From contig CAVTWJ010000011.1 in the NCBI GenBank assembly GCA_963738405.1, positions 27,903 through 91,902 of the forward strand: a DNA stretch of 64,000 nucleotides, given 5' to 3'. Within the stretch, counting starts at the first letter, position 1. Each line of letters opens with the position of its first letter. Shown here piece by piece: positions 47,801-55,855 of this stretch. The translations under genes and the position numbers were made by a program. Origin of the DNA: a candidate division FCPU426 bacterium (GTDB taxonomy: Bacteria > Oederibacteriota > Muellerivitia > Muellerivitales > Muellerivitaceae). The notes beneath the pieces are model-generated. The model did no database searches and was not told the DNA's origin. It saw nothing but the letters and a program-made list of their open reading frames with translations.

Positions 47801-48171
47801 TGAAGGCGGCCAGCGTGATCGCTTACCCGAACCCCTCCACGGGGAACGGGGTGAACCTGGCGGTTAATTTGTCGGGTAACGGCACGGGCAGCTCCAATGC
47901 CAGCGCCAAGGCGCTGGGTTCGTCGGATGGAGAGGGAATTGATCCGAACGCCGAGGTCACCCTCAAGGCCTATACCATCGACGGACGTCTGATCTGGTCG
48001 ACCACGGTTTCGGGGGCTTCCCTGGGATCGACGGGGAACCACACGGTCTATTGGAACGAGAAAAACTACGTGGGGAATTACCTGGCCAACGGGCTATACA
48101 TCGTGACCTGCACGGTGAAATCCCAGGGCCAGACCAGCACCGCCTTATCCAAAATTCTAATCCTAAAATGA
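44851..48171 (+). CDS. GH62 alpha-L-arabinofuranosidase - Ig - malectin - linker - CBM3 - CTD
   Basis: SFSWTSTGP, VKDPS.VYYNG.W, APQVFYFAPQNKWYL.FQ, LDFWVICD..YLFF..DNG..YRS, LFEA.NVY, FLYQG..P..Y..LPY.LGL. Confidence 0.93.
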   Translation: MKIFKAVLPGLVILLLGANVSALYAQTIPTSFSWTSTGPIISAKSDATHNIVSVKDPSTVYYNGQWIVYASNANSAGGWGMEYLHFTDWSQAGAATPYFMDDNPNFSGYHTAPQVFYFAPQNKWYLIFQSGQPQYSTNSDPTQPQNWTAPRNFFASQPSNVSAWLDFWVICDSTNAYLFFCGDNGNFYRSSTPLANFPNGFSDPTIVYSEANSANLFEADNVYTVEGTGMYLANIECMGPNGHRFFRALTATSLGGAWTPLGNTLSFNTPFLGLDNVTFQSGVTTWTDDFSSGGALIDGNDQTDPININNLQFLYQGVNPNVHVTSYALLPYQLGLATSNANKPTSPTPTPGCTPTAIIPYLQVNAGTWQQASSVTVSAGATVNLGPQPVTGGTWSWTGPNGFTSTSREIDNIPLGAGNNTFTATYTNACGLKTTQTFTITVQSAPTATFTFTPTLAAPTATFTHTPTPTSTPTPIVSSSWRVNAGGPAYTDTTSNIWASDENFSGGSVASGGAVTGTSDSTLYDTQRYGNSFSYSFFVPAGSYQVTLKFAETYSGDFSAGARVFNVAVNGSTVLSNLDVYAQVGANTADDKLINNVSPSGGIITIQFTGGSSTDTNAMVEAIQVIPQPATPTFTNTPTRTSSATGTPTATSTATRTSTATFTFTPTVTSTATASRTSTAVPPTATNTAIPPTSTFTSVPATATATNSPVPPTVTNTPLPPTVTNTPAPPTVTDTPMPPTPTGTSTPVPPTATDSMTPTASLTVTPTNSPVPPTVTSTSTAVPPSPTVSQTPTHTYTFTGTATFTFTNTPVPPTATFTPTPSGAAALTVELLSSITADSTNSPHPFIEVVNTGSGSLNLNNVEVRYWFNCDCTNQSIQTWVDWAGLMPAGTSVTNDVLHTTVATSQGGQTDYISYKFTGNLVLQPGQAIQIQSRFNKSDWSNMLQDNDWSYAAYTSYTPATKVTAYEGGSLVWGQEPSGSSAALKAASVIAYPNPSTGNGVNLAVNLSGNGTGSSNASAKALGSSDGEGIDPNAEVTLKAYTIDGRLIWSTTVSGASLGSTGNHTVYWNEKNYVGNYLANGLYIVTCTVKSQGQTSTALSKILILK

Positions 48172-48242
48172 GGAGTTTTATCCGCCTTTGGCGGGAACAT
48201 TCTGGTTTCCAGGTTGTGGGGCAGTCCGGTGGGAGGGATTCG

Positions 48243-48410
48243 ATGGTGGAAAATCAAAAGCCTAGGTTGATGGTCGATAAAGTTTCCGATTGGGACTTGG
48301 AGGTCATGAACTTGGTTGAGGATACGCTCGGTAAAATCGAAACAGGAAATGGGAGCACGGCCAACGGCCTGCCGCCATCCCTCCGGAGCGAGGATGAGAC
48401 AGGAGAATGA
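48243..48410 (+). CDS. Possible small ORF (55 aa) coupled to the LacI-HTH gene
   Basis: GGAGG SD before ATG 48243; stop overlaps the next ATG (ATGA). No recognisable motif. Confidence 0.3.
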   Translation: MVENQKPRLMVDKVSDWDLEVMNLVEDTLGKIETGNGSTANGLPPSLRSEDETGE

Positions 48411-48637
48411 TGAATTTAGAAAGGCGCAGGTTCACGCCAAGGCCGACCATGAGCGACGTCGCGGGTATGGCAGGGGTCTGCCGCGCGACGGTTTGCATGG
48501 TGGTCAATCATGACCCGAGAGTCAGTGAAAAAACCCGGCAAAAGGTTTTGACGGTTGTGGATCAATTGAATTACCGGGTCAATGAAACGGCACGGGCATT
48601 AAGCCGCTGTCGGACTGAAAAATTGAAGAGGGTATGA
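48407..48637 (+). CDS. Stand-alone LacI-type HTH DNA-binding protein
   Basis: PTMSDVAGMAGVCRATVCMVVN..RVSEKTRQKVL....LNY..N..ARAL (HTH plus hinge helix); no effector domain. Confidence 0.85.
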   Translation: MMNLERRRFTPRPTMSDVAGMAGVCRATVCMVVNHDPRVSEKTRQKVLTVVDQLNYRVNETARALSRCRTEKLKRV

Positions 48638-48697
48638 AACCCTACTGAAATCGAGGTCCACTCACAAGCTAAAGATGGGGTAAAAAGGGGAGAAAAA

Positions 48698-51600
48698 ATG
48701 GGGAGATCAAACCGCAAGCTTGCGTCGTTGGCTGTGGCCTGTCTGCTGTGGATATGCTTGGGAAACGGTTCCTTGAAAGCGCAGGTCAGTTCGGTTTGGA
48801 CTTACCATTACGACAACGCCCGGACGGGAATCAACCCCAACGAAACGATCCTCAATCCAACCAACGTCAACCCCAACAGTTTTGGAAAGCTTTTCTCCTA
48901 TTCCGTCGATGGCAAGCTTTACGGGCAGCCTCTTTACGTCGCGGGGGTTACCGTCAACGGGGCTGTCCATAATGTCGTTTATGCGGTCACCATGCATGAC
49001 AGTGTTTATGCCTTCGACGCGGATAACAACCAAGGGGCGAACGCCAACCCCTTGTGGCATGTCAGTTTTCTTGGCACGGGAGCTGCGGTCACCCAGTCTG
49101 TTTCCTCCTCCATTGCCGGTTGTTCCGACACCCAGCCTGAATTCGGAATCCTAGGCACACCCGTCATCGATACTACGACCGGGACGATTTACCTGGTGGA
49201 CAATGTCCAGATCGTTTCCGGGGGCAATACCACCTATGCGGGCCATCTTCATGCCCTGGATATTTCCACCGGGGCTGAAAAATTCAACGGCCCGACCCTG
49301 ATTTCGGGCATAGCCGGCGGGCAGAGTTTTAACGCCCGCCAGGAAATCAATCGGCCCGGGTTATTTCTGCTGAATGGGGAAGTCTATGCGACCTTCGGGT
49401 CCCATTGCGATGACAGGCCTTACCAAGGCTGGGTCCTGGCCTACAACGCCGCGAATATAAGCCAGCAAACCCGCGTTTATTGCACCACTCCCAACGGCTC
49501 GGATGGGTCCATTTGGGAAAGCGGCTGCGCCCCGGGAATCGACGCGTCCGGGAATATTTTCGGGCTTGTCGCCAACGGAACCTTCGACGCGAATTCGGGC
49601 GGCCATGATTATGGGGACAGCTTCATCAAGATTTCGACCGCCGGGGGCGGCTTGTCCGTCTCCGATTACTTCACGCCCTACAACCAAGCCACCCTCAGCG
49701 CCGATGACTCGGACCTCGGGGCGAGCGGCCATATCCTTCTTCCGGATTCCTTCGGAAGCGCGGCCCACCCCCATCTCATCACCGGCTCGGACAAGACATC
49801 GGATATTTACCTGGTGGACCGGGATAATATGGGGAAATACAACGGGAGTTTTAACACCTCCCTCCAGAACTTCAACAACGGCGGGAGCGGTTACTCGGTT
49901 CCGGCCTGTTTCAGCAATGGAACCACCCACTGGGTTTATTGGGGAATGGTGAATGAACCTCTTAAGGCCTACACCCTTTCCAATGCTTCGTATAACACCA
50001 CTCCCTCCTCGCGGACCAGCACCACCTTTTCCTTTCCGGGCACCTCGCCCAGCGTTTCTTCCAACGGCACCGCGAACGCCATTGTTTGGACCAGCCAGTT
50101 TGGATCCCCTGAAATTCTCCATGCCTATGACGCCACCAACCTCGCCACTGAACTTTATAATTCAAGCCAGGCGGCGAACAGCCGGGATGCCGCCGGCTCG
50201 GGCCAAAAATTCAATCCTCCCGTGGTCGCCAACGGGAAGGTCTATTACGCCGCCGCCAATGGTCTATACGTTTACGGGCTGTTAAACCAGGGCACTCCCA
50301 CCTTCACCCACACGCCGAATCCCTCGAATACCGTGACACCCACTCCGACCCCTTCATCCACACCGTCCTCAACTTTTACCCGCACCCAAACTCCGACAGC
50401 CACTTTCACCGCCACCCCGGTTGTAGCCGCCACCTGGCGGGTGAATTCCGGCGGCCCCGCCTATACGGACAACCTTGGAAACCTTTGGTCGGCCGATACC
50501 CAGTTTATTGGGGGGACGGCGGCCACCCAGGGCGGGGCCATCACGGGAACCTCCAACCCAACCCTGTATGACACCCAGCGCTACGGCGGCAGTTTCAGCT
50601 ATGTGTTCAACGTCCCCGCCGGGACTTACCAGGTCACCTTGCTGTTCGCGGAAACCTATTCCGGTGATTTCGCGGCCGGGGACCGGGTGTTCAACGTTTT
50701 GGCAAATGGCGTCACCGTTTTAGCGAATCTTGATATTTTCGCTAAAGTCGGGGCGAACACGGCATTGAACGAGGCGCTTAACAACATCGCGCCCAACGGG
50801 GGGGCCATCACGCTTCAATTCATGGGAACCCCCAGCAAGGACGCCAACGCGGTGGTGGAAGCCATCCAGGTTATTCCCCAACCCCAAACACCAACCTTCA
50901 CACCGACCTCCACAGCTACCCTGACGCCCACGTTCACCGCTACCGCCACACTGACGAATACCCCCACGCCGGTAGTGGCCGCCACCTGGAGGGTCAACGC
51001 AGGAGGGCCTACCTACACCGATACCACGAGCAATATCTGGGCGGCGGACGAGAACTTTAGCGGCGGGTCGGTGGCCAGCGGCGGGGCCGTGACCGGAACC
51101 TCCGACTCCACCCTTTACGATACCCAGCGCTACGGGAACAGTTTCAGCTATTCCTTCAACGTGCCTGCCGGGAACTACCAGGTGACCCTGAAGTTCGCCG
51201 AGACCTATTCGGGAGATTTTTCGGCCGGAGCCCGTGTCTTCAACGTGGCCGTCAACGGGTCCACCGTGCTTTCCAACTTGGACGTTTACGCCCAGGTGGG
51301 CGCCAACACGGCGGACGACAAGCTGATCAACAACGTGTCGCCCAGCGGAGGAATCATTACCATCCAGTTCACGGGAGGGTCCAGCACGGACACGAACGCC
51401 ATGGTGGAAGCTATCCAGGTCATTCCCCAACCCGCCACGCCTACCTTTACGAACACCCCCACGAAGACTTCGACCGCTTCCTTTACATCCACGGCCACCA
51501 CAACCAATACAGCCGTGCCGCCGAGTGCGACAGCCTCCCAAACTCCAACCAATACCTATACCCTTACTGGGACAGCCACGAATACGGCGGTTCCGGCTAC

Positions 51601-53008
51601 TGCTACCAATACGAATAGCCCCGTACCGCCGAGTGCGACAGCCTCCCAAACCCCGACCAATACTTATACGTTTACTGGGACCCTCACCAACACCCCGGTT
51701 CCGCCCAGTGCGACGGCCTCCCAAACTCCAACCAATACCGAAACCCTTACAGGGACGGCCACGGACACGCCGATGCCGCCTACGCTCACATTTACGGCCG
51801 TTAATACCGACACGCCTGCGCCGCCCACACTCACCTTTACCCCGACTTGGACGCCGTCCCCGACGCCGGTGCCTCCGTCTCCCACGGAGACGTCCACACC
51901 CACGCTGACCGCGACCTACACATGGACCATGACTCCGACGCCGTCAAACACACCGGCGCCACCGACACTGACATTGACGCCGACTTGGACACCGTCCCCA
52001 ACGCCGGTACCTCCGTCCCCCACGGGAACGCCCACGCGAACTGAAACGGTGACCCATACCTTTACCCTGTCCCCGACGGCGACGAACACCCCGCGACCCC
52101 CGACCGCAACCCTCACTCCCGTGCCGCCCACGCCTACTTTTACGGCGGTGACGGGCATGGGTTCCTTCACGGTCGATCTGCTTTCGTCGATCACGGCCGA
52201 TTCCACCAACAGCCCCCATCCCTTTATTGAGGTGGTTAACACCGGGAATGGGCCTGTGAACCTGAACAATGTGGAAGTGCGTTACTGGTTCAACTGCGAC
52301 TGCACCAACCAAAGCATCCAAACCTGGGTGGATTGGGCGGGGTTGATGCCTTCGGGAACCTCGGTCACGGGAGATGTCCTGCATACGGCCGTTTTCACCA
52401 GCCAGGGCGGCCAGACCGACTACATCAGCTACAAGTTCACGGGGAACCTGGTACTCCAGCCGGGGCAAGCGATCCAGGTGCAAAGCCGGTTCAACAAGAG
52501 CGACTGGAGCGGCATGCTCCAGGACAACGACTGGAGCTTCGCGCCCTATACCAGCTACACCCCCGCAACCCACGTGACCGGATACCTGAATGGGTCGTTG
52601 GTCTGGGGGCAGGAACCCATGGCGATTTCCGCGGGATTGAAGGCGGCAAGCGTGGTGGCCTATCCAAACCCCTCGACGGGGAACGGGGTGAACCTGGCGG
52701 TGAACCTGTCAGGGGCTGGAACGCTCAGCTCAAATGCAAGCGCCAAGGCCGTGGGATCGTCGGGAGAGGAAGGAATGGATCCGAACGCGCGAATAGTCCT
52801 GAAGGTTTACACCCTTGAGGGCCGGATGATCTGGTCGACGACGGTGTCCGGCGCTTCAGTGGGTACGGCGGGCAACCACGCGGTTTATTGGAACGAGAAG
52901 AGCCTGGCGGGGAGCTATCTGGCCAATGGGCTTTATATCGTGGTCGCCACTGTCAAGTCGCAAGGACAAACCACCACCGCTTCCTCCAAAATACTCATCC
53001 TGAAGTAA
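48698..53008 (+). CDS. PQQ-like beta-propeller - 2x malectin - P/T linker - CBM3 - CTD
   Basis: TYHYDNARTG.NPNE..L, GILGTPVID, LHALDI.TG.EK, D.DLGASG, KFNPPVVANGKVY; two malectin copies; CBM3; YPNP..KILILK. Confidence 0.88.
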   Translation: MGRSNRKLASLAVACLLWICLGNGSLKAQVSSVWTYHYDNARTGINPNETILNPTNVNPNSFGKLFSYSVDGKLYGQPLYVAGVTVNGAVHNVVYAVTMHDSVYAFDADNNQGANANPLWHVSFLGTGAAVTQSVSSSIAGCSDTQPEFGILGTPVIDTTTGTIYLVDNVQIVSGGNTTYAGHLHALDISTGAEKFNGPTLISGIAGGQSFNARQEINRPGLFLLNGEVYATFGSHCDDRPYQGWVLAYNAANISQQTRVYCTTPNGSDGSIWESGCAPGIDASGNIFGLVANGTFDANSGGHDYGDSFIKISTAGGGLSVSDYFTPYNQATLSADDSDLGASGHILLPDSFGSAAHPHLITGSDKTSDIYLVDRDNMGKYNGSFNTSLQNFNNGGSGYSVPACFSNGTTHWVYWGMVNEPLKAYTLSNASYNTTPSSRTSTTFSFPGTSPSVSSNGTANAIVWTSQFGSPEILHAYDATNLATELYNSSQAANSRDAAGSGQKFNPPVVANGKVYYAAANGLYVYGLLNQGTPTFTHTPNPSNTVTPTPTPSSTPSSTFTRTQTPTATFTATPVVAATWRVNSGGPAYTDNLGNLWSADTQFIGGTAATQGGAITGTSNPTLYDTQRYGGSFSYVFNVPAGTYQVTLLFAETYSGDFAAGDRVFNVLANGVTVLANLDIFAKVGANTALNEALNNIAPNGGAITLQFMGTPSKDANAVVEAIQVIPQPQTPTFTPTSTATLTPTFTATATLTNTPTPVVAATWRVNAGGPTYTDTTSNIWAADENFSGGSVASGGAVTGTSDSTLYDTQRYGNSFSYSFNVPAGNYQVTLKFAETYSGDFSAGARVFNVAVNGSTVLSNLDVYAQVGANTADDKLINNVSPSGGIITIQFTGGSSTDTNAMVEAIQVIPQPATPTFTNTPTKTSTASFTSTATTTNTAVPPSATASQTPTNTYTLTGTATNTAVPATATNTNSPVPPSATASQTPTNTYTFTGTLTNTPVPPSATASQTPTNTETLTGTATDTPMPPTLTFTAVNTDTPAPPTLTFTPTWTPSPTPVPPSPTETSTPTLTATYTWTMTPTPSNTPAPPTLTLTPTWTPSPTPVPPSPTGTPTRTETVTHTFTLSPTATNTPRPPTATLTPVPPTPTFTAVTGMGSFTVDLLSSITADSTNSPHPFIEVVNTGNGPVNLNNVEVRYWFNCDCTNQSIQTWVDWAGLMPSGTSVTGDVLHTAVFTSQGGQTDYISYKFTGNLVLQPGQAIQVQSRFNKSDWSGMLQDNDWSFAPYTSYTPATHVTGYLNGSLVWGQEPMAISAGLKAASVVAYPNPSTGNGVNLAVNLSGAGTLSSNASAKAVGSSGEEGMDPNARIVLKVYTLEGRMIWSTTVSGASVGTAGNHAVYWNEKSLAGSYLANGLYIVVATVKSQGQTTTASSKILILK

Positions 53009-53019
53009 ACAGTAAAAGC

Positions 53020-53121
53020 TTGTTATCGAAAGATCCTGGATGTCGATCCCTCCAACGGCATGGCCAGGCAAATGGCTTTCAAAAATTATTGAAGCCGCCG
53101 GTTTGAAATCCAGGCTTTAGC
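53020..53121 (+). pseudogene. Orphan duplicate of the 3' end of the 33670-35595 gene (right copy of the direct repeat)
   Basis: Translates CYRKILDVDPSNGMARQMAFKNY* versus CYRKVLEVDPSNGIARQMALKNF*; no upstream gene body. Confidence 0.85.
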
Positions 53122-53267
53122 TGGGAAGGCAGGCGGTTGTGGAATGACGTCCGCTTACCCAAATCATTCGTCTTGTGGCCGCAATATCCCCCGTTTCGGG
53201 CAAAATTAAGGCGCCCCCAGCATGATGATTAAGGTCGGCTTGACTTCTTTTTTGTCCCATGGGAATA

Positions 53268-53286
53268 TGACCATAATAAGTGGTCA
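53268..53286. promoter_or_regulatory. Inverted repeat, probable antitoxin operator
   Basis: TGACCA-TAATAAG-TGGTCA just upstream of the SD of the Phd-family gene. Confidence 0.6.
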
Positions 53287-53299
53287 CGAAGGAGGGTTT

Positions 53300-53527
53300 A
53301 TGAAAACCATCGCCGCCGGTGTATTTAAGGCCAAATGCCTGTCGTTGCTAGATGAAGTGAGCAGCGCCCATGAGACTATCGTGGTTACCAAACACGGAAT
53401 TCCAGTGGCTAAAATCGGGCCTGTATTGAAGCAGAAAGGCAAACACGGGAATTCGCTTCATGGAAGTGTCTTGAGCGAAAAAGACATCCTCGCGCCCATT
53501 GAAGCTATTTGGGAAGCAGGTCAATGA
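53300..53527 (+). CDS. Phd/YefM-family antitoxin
   Basis: IAAGVFKAKCLSLLDEV....ETIVVTKHG.PVAK. Confidence 0.93.
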   Translation: MKTIAAGVFKAKCLSLLDEVSSAHETIVVTKHGIPVAKIGPVLKQKGKHGNSLHGSVLSEKDILAPIEAIWEAGQ

Positions 53528-53910
53528 TCCTTCTGGATACCCACGCCTGGATTTGGTGGGCGACTGGCTCTTCACAACTCTCCTCCAAGGCTTCCAAAGC
53601 CATTCGTGCCTCAGACAGCATTTATGTTAATGCCATCAGCTGTTGGGAAGTAGGTATGTTGGTGGCGAAAAGGCGTTTGGAACTTGATCGGGATGTTGAA
53701 GTGTGGGTGGATCAAGCTTTAAAACTTCCGAAAGTCCAATTGATTCCCCTGTCACCCGGTATCGCCGTGAAGAGCACCCGCTTGGAAGGTGAATTTCACG
53801 GAGATCCCGTGGATCGCATTCTCGTGGCAACCGCCAAAGAGTATGGGTGCCCTATTCTCAGCAAGGACAAACGCATCCGTGCATTCTCCGGACTGAAAGT
53901 GATCTGGTGA
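53524..53910 (+). CDS. vapC: PIN-domain (VapC) toxin
   Basis: ILLDTHAWIW, ISCWE, HGDPVDRILVATA, LSKD; ATGA overlap with the antitoxin. Confidence 0.95.
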   Translation: MILLDTHAWIWWATGSSQLSSKASKAIRASDSIYVNAISCWEVGMLVAKRRLELDRDVEVWVDQALKLPKVQLIPLSPGIAVKSTRLEGEFHGDPVDRILVATAKEYGCPILSKDKRIRAFSGLKVIW

Positions 53911-53964
53911 TCAAGCAAGATACCAAAAGCGGTAAATTCTCTATTTGGGTCTAAGCGTAGATAC

Positions 53965-53994
53965 CTGTCCACAACGGGGACCCGGAGTGGACAG
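53965..53994. repeat. REP-like palindrome, copy 1 (degenerate)
   Basis: CTGTCCACAACGGGGACCCGGAGTGGACAG. Confidence 0.8.
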
Positions 53995-54097
53995 ATATGG
54001 GCCCTCAGAAAGCGAAGCAACCAAAGGGGTCTGGCCCCTTTGTTATGTGTAAGCCGAGTAGGTAAAAAAAGTTTATAGAATTCAATCGAGGCTGGAA

Positions 54098-55414
54098 ATG
54101 GAATCCCCGCAGACAAACGCGCATCCGAAAGCACTCCTGTTTTCGGTCAGGACGCCTAAGGTGACTGATGCCGAAGCGATGGAATCGATGATCGAGCTCG
54201 AACGGCTGGTAACGACCTTGGGTTACGAGGTGACCGGGACTATGTCCCAGCGGCAACCCAGCACATCAGGGGTCACTGTGGTGGGTGAAGGAAAACTGAT
54301 GGAACTCGCCCAACTCACCGGCGGAAAGGGCTATCGGGATAGGATCAAGGGGAACTCCGAAGCGACAAAACAGGAGCCAGTCCCGGACTCTTCTCCCGAT
54401 GGACCCGCGATGGTCGCTTTTGACTGCGATTTGAGCCCGTCCCAGATACGGAACGTCGAAGAGGCTTTGGGAGTTCCGGTGCTTGATCGCACTGGCGTGA
54501 TCATCGAGATCTTCAACCGGCACGCGAAGACCCGGGCCGCGCGGCTCCAGATTGATATTGCGCGCCAAACCTATCAGGCTCCCCGTCTCAGGGATACGGG
54601 GGTAGGGAAGGAACGCCAGTCTGGCCGAGGATCCGGGGAAACCATCATCGAGACGGAAAAGCGCAAAGTTCGCGACCGCCTGGCTGAGCTGAGGCGCGAG
54701 TTAGAAGCGGTTCAAAGAGAAGAGGAGCATCGCCGGTTAAAACGCGCGGAACTGCTCGGCGCCGCGCTGGTGGGCTACACGAATGCCGGAAAATCGTCCC
54801 TCATGCGGGCGCTGACCGGCAGCGACGTCCTGGTGGAGGACAAGCTCTTCGCGACCTTGGATACGACCATACGCGCCCTACAACCCGAGACCCAGCCAAG
54901 GATCCTGATCACCGATACGGTGGGTTTTATCCACAAGCTTCCACACGATCTGGTGGCGTCTTTCCGCTCCACTCTGGATGAGGCCCGCGGCGCCGCCCTG
55001 CTGCTTTACGTGGTGGATGCCGCGGACCGCAACTTTCGTTCCCAGCTTGCGGTGGTTCGGGAAGTCTTGGGTGATATTGGCGCCGACACAACTCCCTATC
55101 TTCTTATCCTCAATAAGGCCGACTGCTTGAGCGAATGGCAGAAGAAGGTTCTCGGGGCGGAGTATCCAGACGCGGTTTTAACCTCGACCCGTAGTCCGGA
55201 GGACATGCAGACCGTCAGAGAACGCATTTTTCACTTCTTCGAGAAAGACATGATCGAAAAGGAGATCCTCGTTCCTTATAAATCTCAAGGTGTCATCAGC
55301 GAAATGCGTTTGAATATGAAAATCTTGAAGGAGAGTTTTGTTGAAGAAGGCGCTTTACTTCTTGTTCGCGCTCGTCCGATCGACCTTCAGCGCTTGAGTA
55401 AAATGATGAGGTAG
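54098..55414 (+). CDS. hflX: GTPase HflX
   Basis: VLDRTGVIIEIF.RHA, GYTNAGKSSL, LFATLD, DTVGF, NKAD. Confidence 0.96.
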   Translation: MESPQTNAHPKALLFSVRTPKVTDAEAMESMIELERLVTTLGYEVTGTMSQRQPSTSGVTVVGEGKLMELAQLTGGKGYRDRIKGNSEATKQEPVPDSSPDGPAMVAFDCDLSPSQIRNVEEALGVPVLDRTGVIIEIFNRHAKTRAARLQIDIARQTYQAPRLRDTGVGKERQSGRGSGETIIETEKRKVRDRLAELRRELEAVQREEEHRRLKRAELLGAALVGYTNAGKSSLMRALTGSDVLVEDKLFATLDTTIRALQPETQPRILITDTVGFIHKLPHDLVASFRSTLDEARGAALLLYVVDAADRNFRSQLAVVREVLGDIGADTTPYLLILNKADCLSEWQKKVLGAEYPDAVLTSTRSPEDMQTVRERIFHFFEKDMIEKEILVPYKSQGVISEMRLNMKILKESFVEEGALLLVRARPIDLQRLSKMMR

Positions 55415-55465
55415 TGTCCTGCGGTGTGGGCCGGACGGGCTCGCAAGCCCGGCTGATAAGAAATC

Positions 55466-55491
55466 GTCCACGACGGGGACCCGTCGTGGAC
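55466..55491. repeat. REP-like palindrome, copy 2
   Basis: GTCCACGACGG-GGAC-CCGTCGTGGAC. Confidence 0.9.
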
Positions 55492-55547
55492 ACCTAAAAA
55501 GTGTAAAAGTCTCTTTTGAGATTTTTTTGGTATTGGAGAGTTGCTCA

Positions 55548-55805
55548 ATGGAAAAGTGGAAAATTATTAAAAGCCTGGACGTTGAAAGGCAGTTGGCGCA
55601 ATTTTTGAAAGACCATCCGGACAGGGCGGGGGATGTCGATGGGCTTTTGGAGGATATCCAAAATTATCCGCATATCCGCTGGGCTATGGTTCACCGCGAC
55701 TCAGAAAGGTTTTATGCGGACCGTAACCAACAGTTGAGATTTGCGGGTAAGGCATACCCTTCTAAGCGAACGATTGTCTTGACCCACTTTTCCAGTCATA
55801 TTTGA
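55548..55805 (+). CDS. Small hypothetical protein, possible RelE/ParE-fold toxin
   Basis: 85 aa; pattern W.I..S..VERQL..., LRF, C-terminal IVLTHF..H; GGAG SD. Confidence 0.5.
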   Translation: MEKWKIIKSLDVERQLAQFLKDHPDRAGDVDGLLEDIQNYPHIRWAMVHRDSERFYADRNQQLRFAGKAYPSKRTIVLTHFSSHI

Positions 55806-55819
55806 AGAATAGTTAGGAA

Positions 55820-55840
55820 TGTGTTACACTATGTAACACA
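55820..55840. promoter_or_regulatory. Perfect 9-bp inverted repeat, probable RHH operator
   Basis: TGTGTTACA-CTA-TGTAACACA abutting the AGGAGG SD. Confidence 0.7.
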
Positions 55841-55855
55841 AGGAGGACTAAAAAA

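Noticed and set aside
1061..52573. Many minus-strand Val/Gly-rich or Arg/Gly-rich ORFs
   Set aside because: They are antisense shadows of the Thr/Pro-codon repeats in the large + strand genes.
40847..53008. Cellulosome
   Set aside because: CBM3 is present, but no dockerin duplicated Ca-loops or cohesins were recognised.
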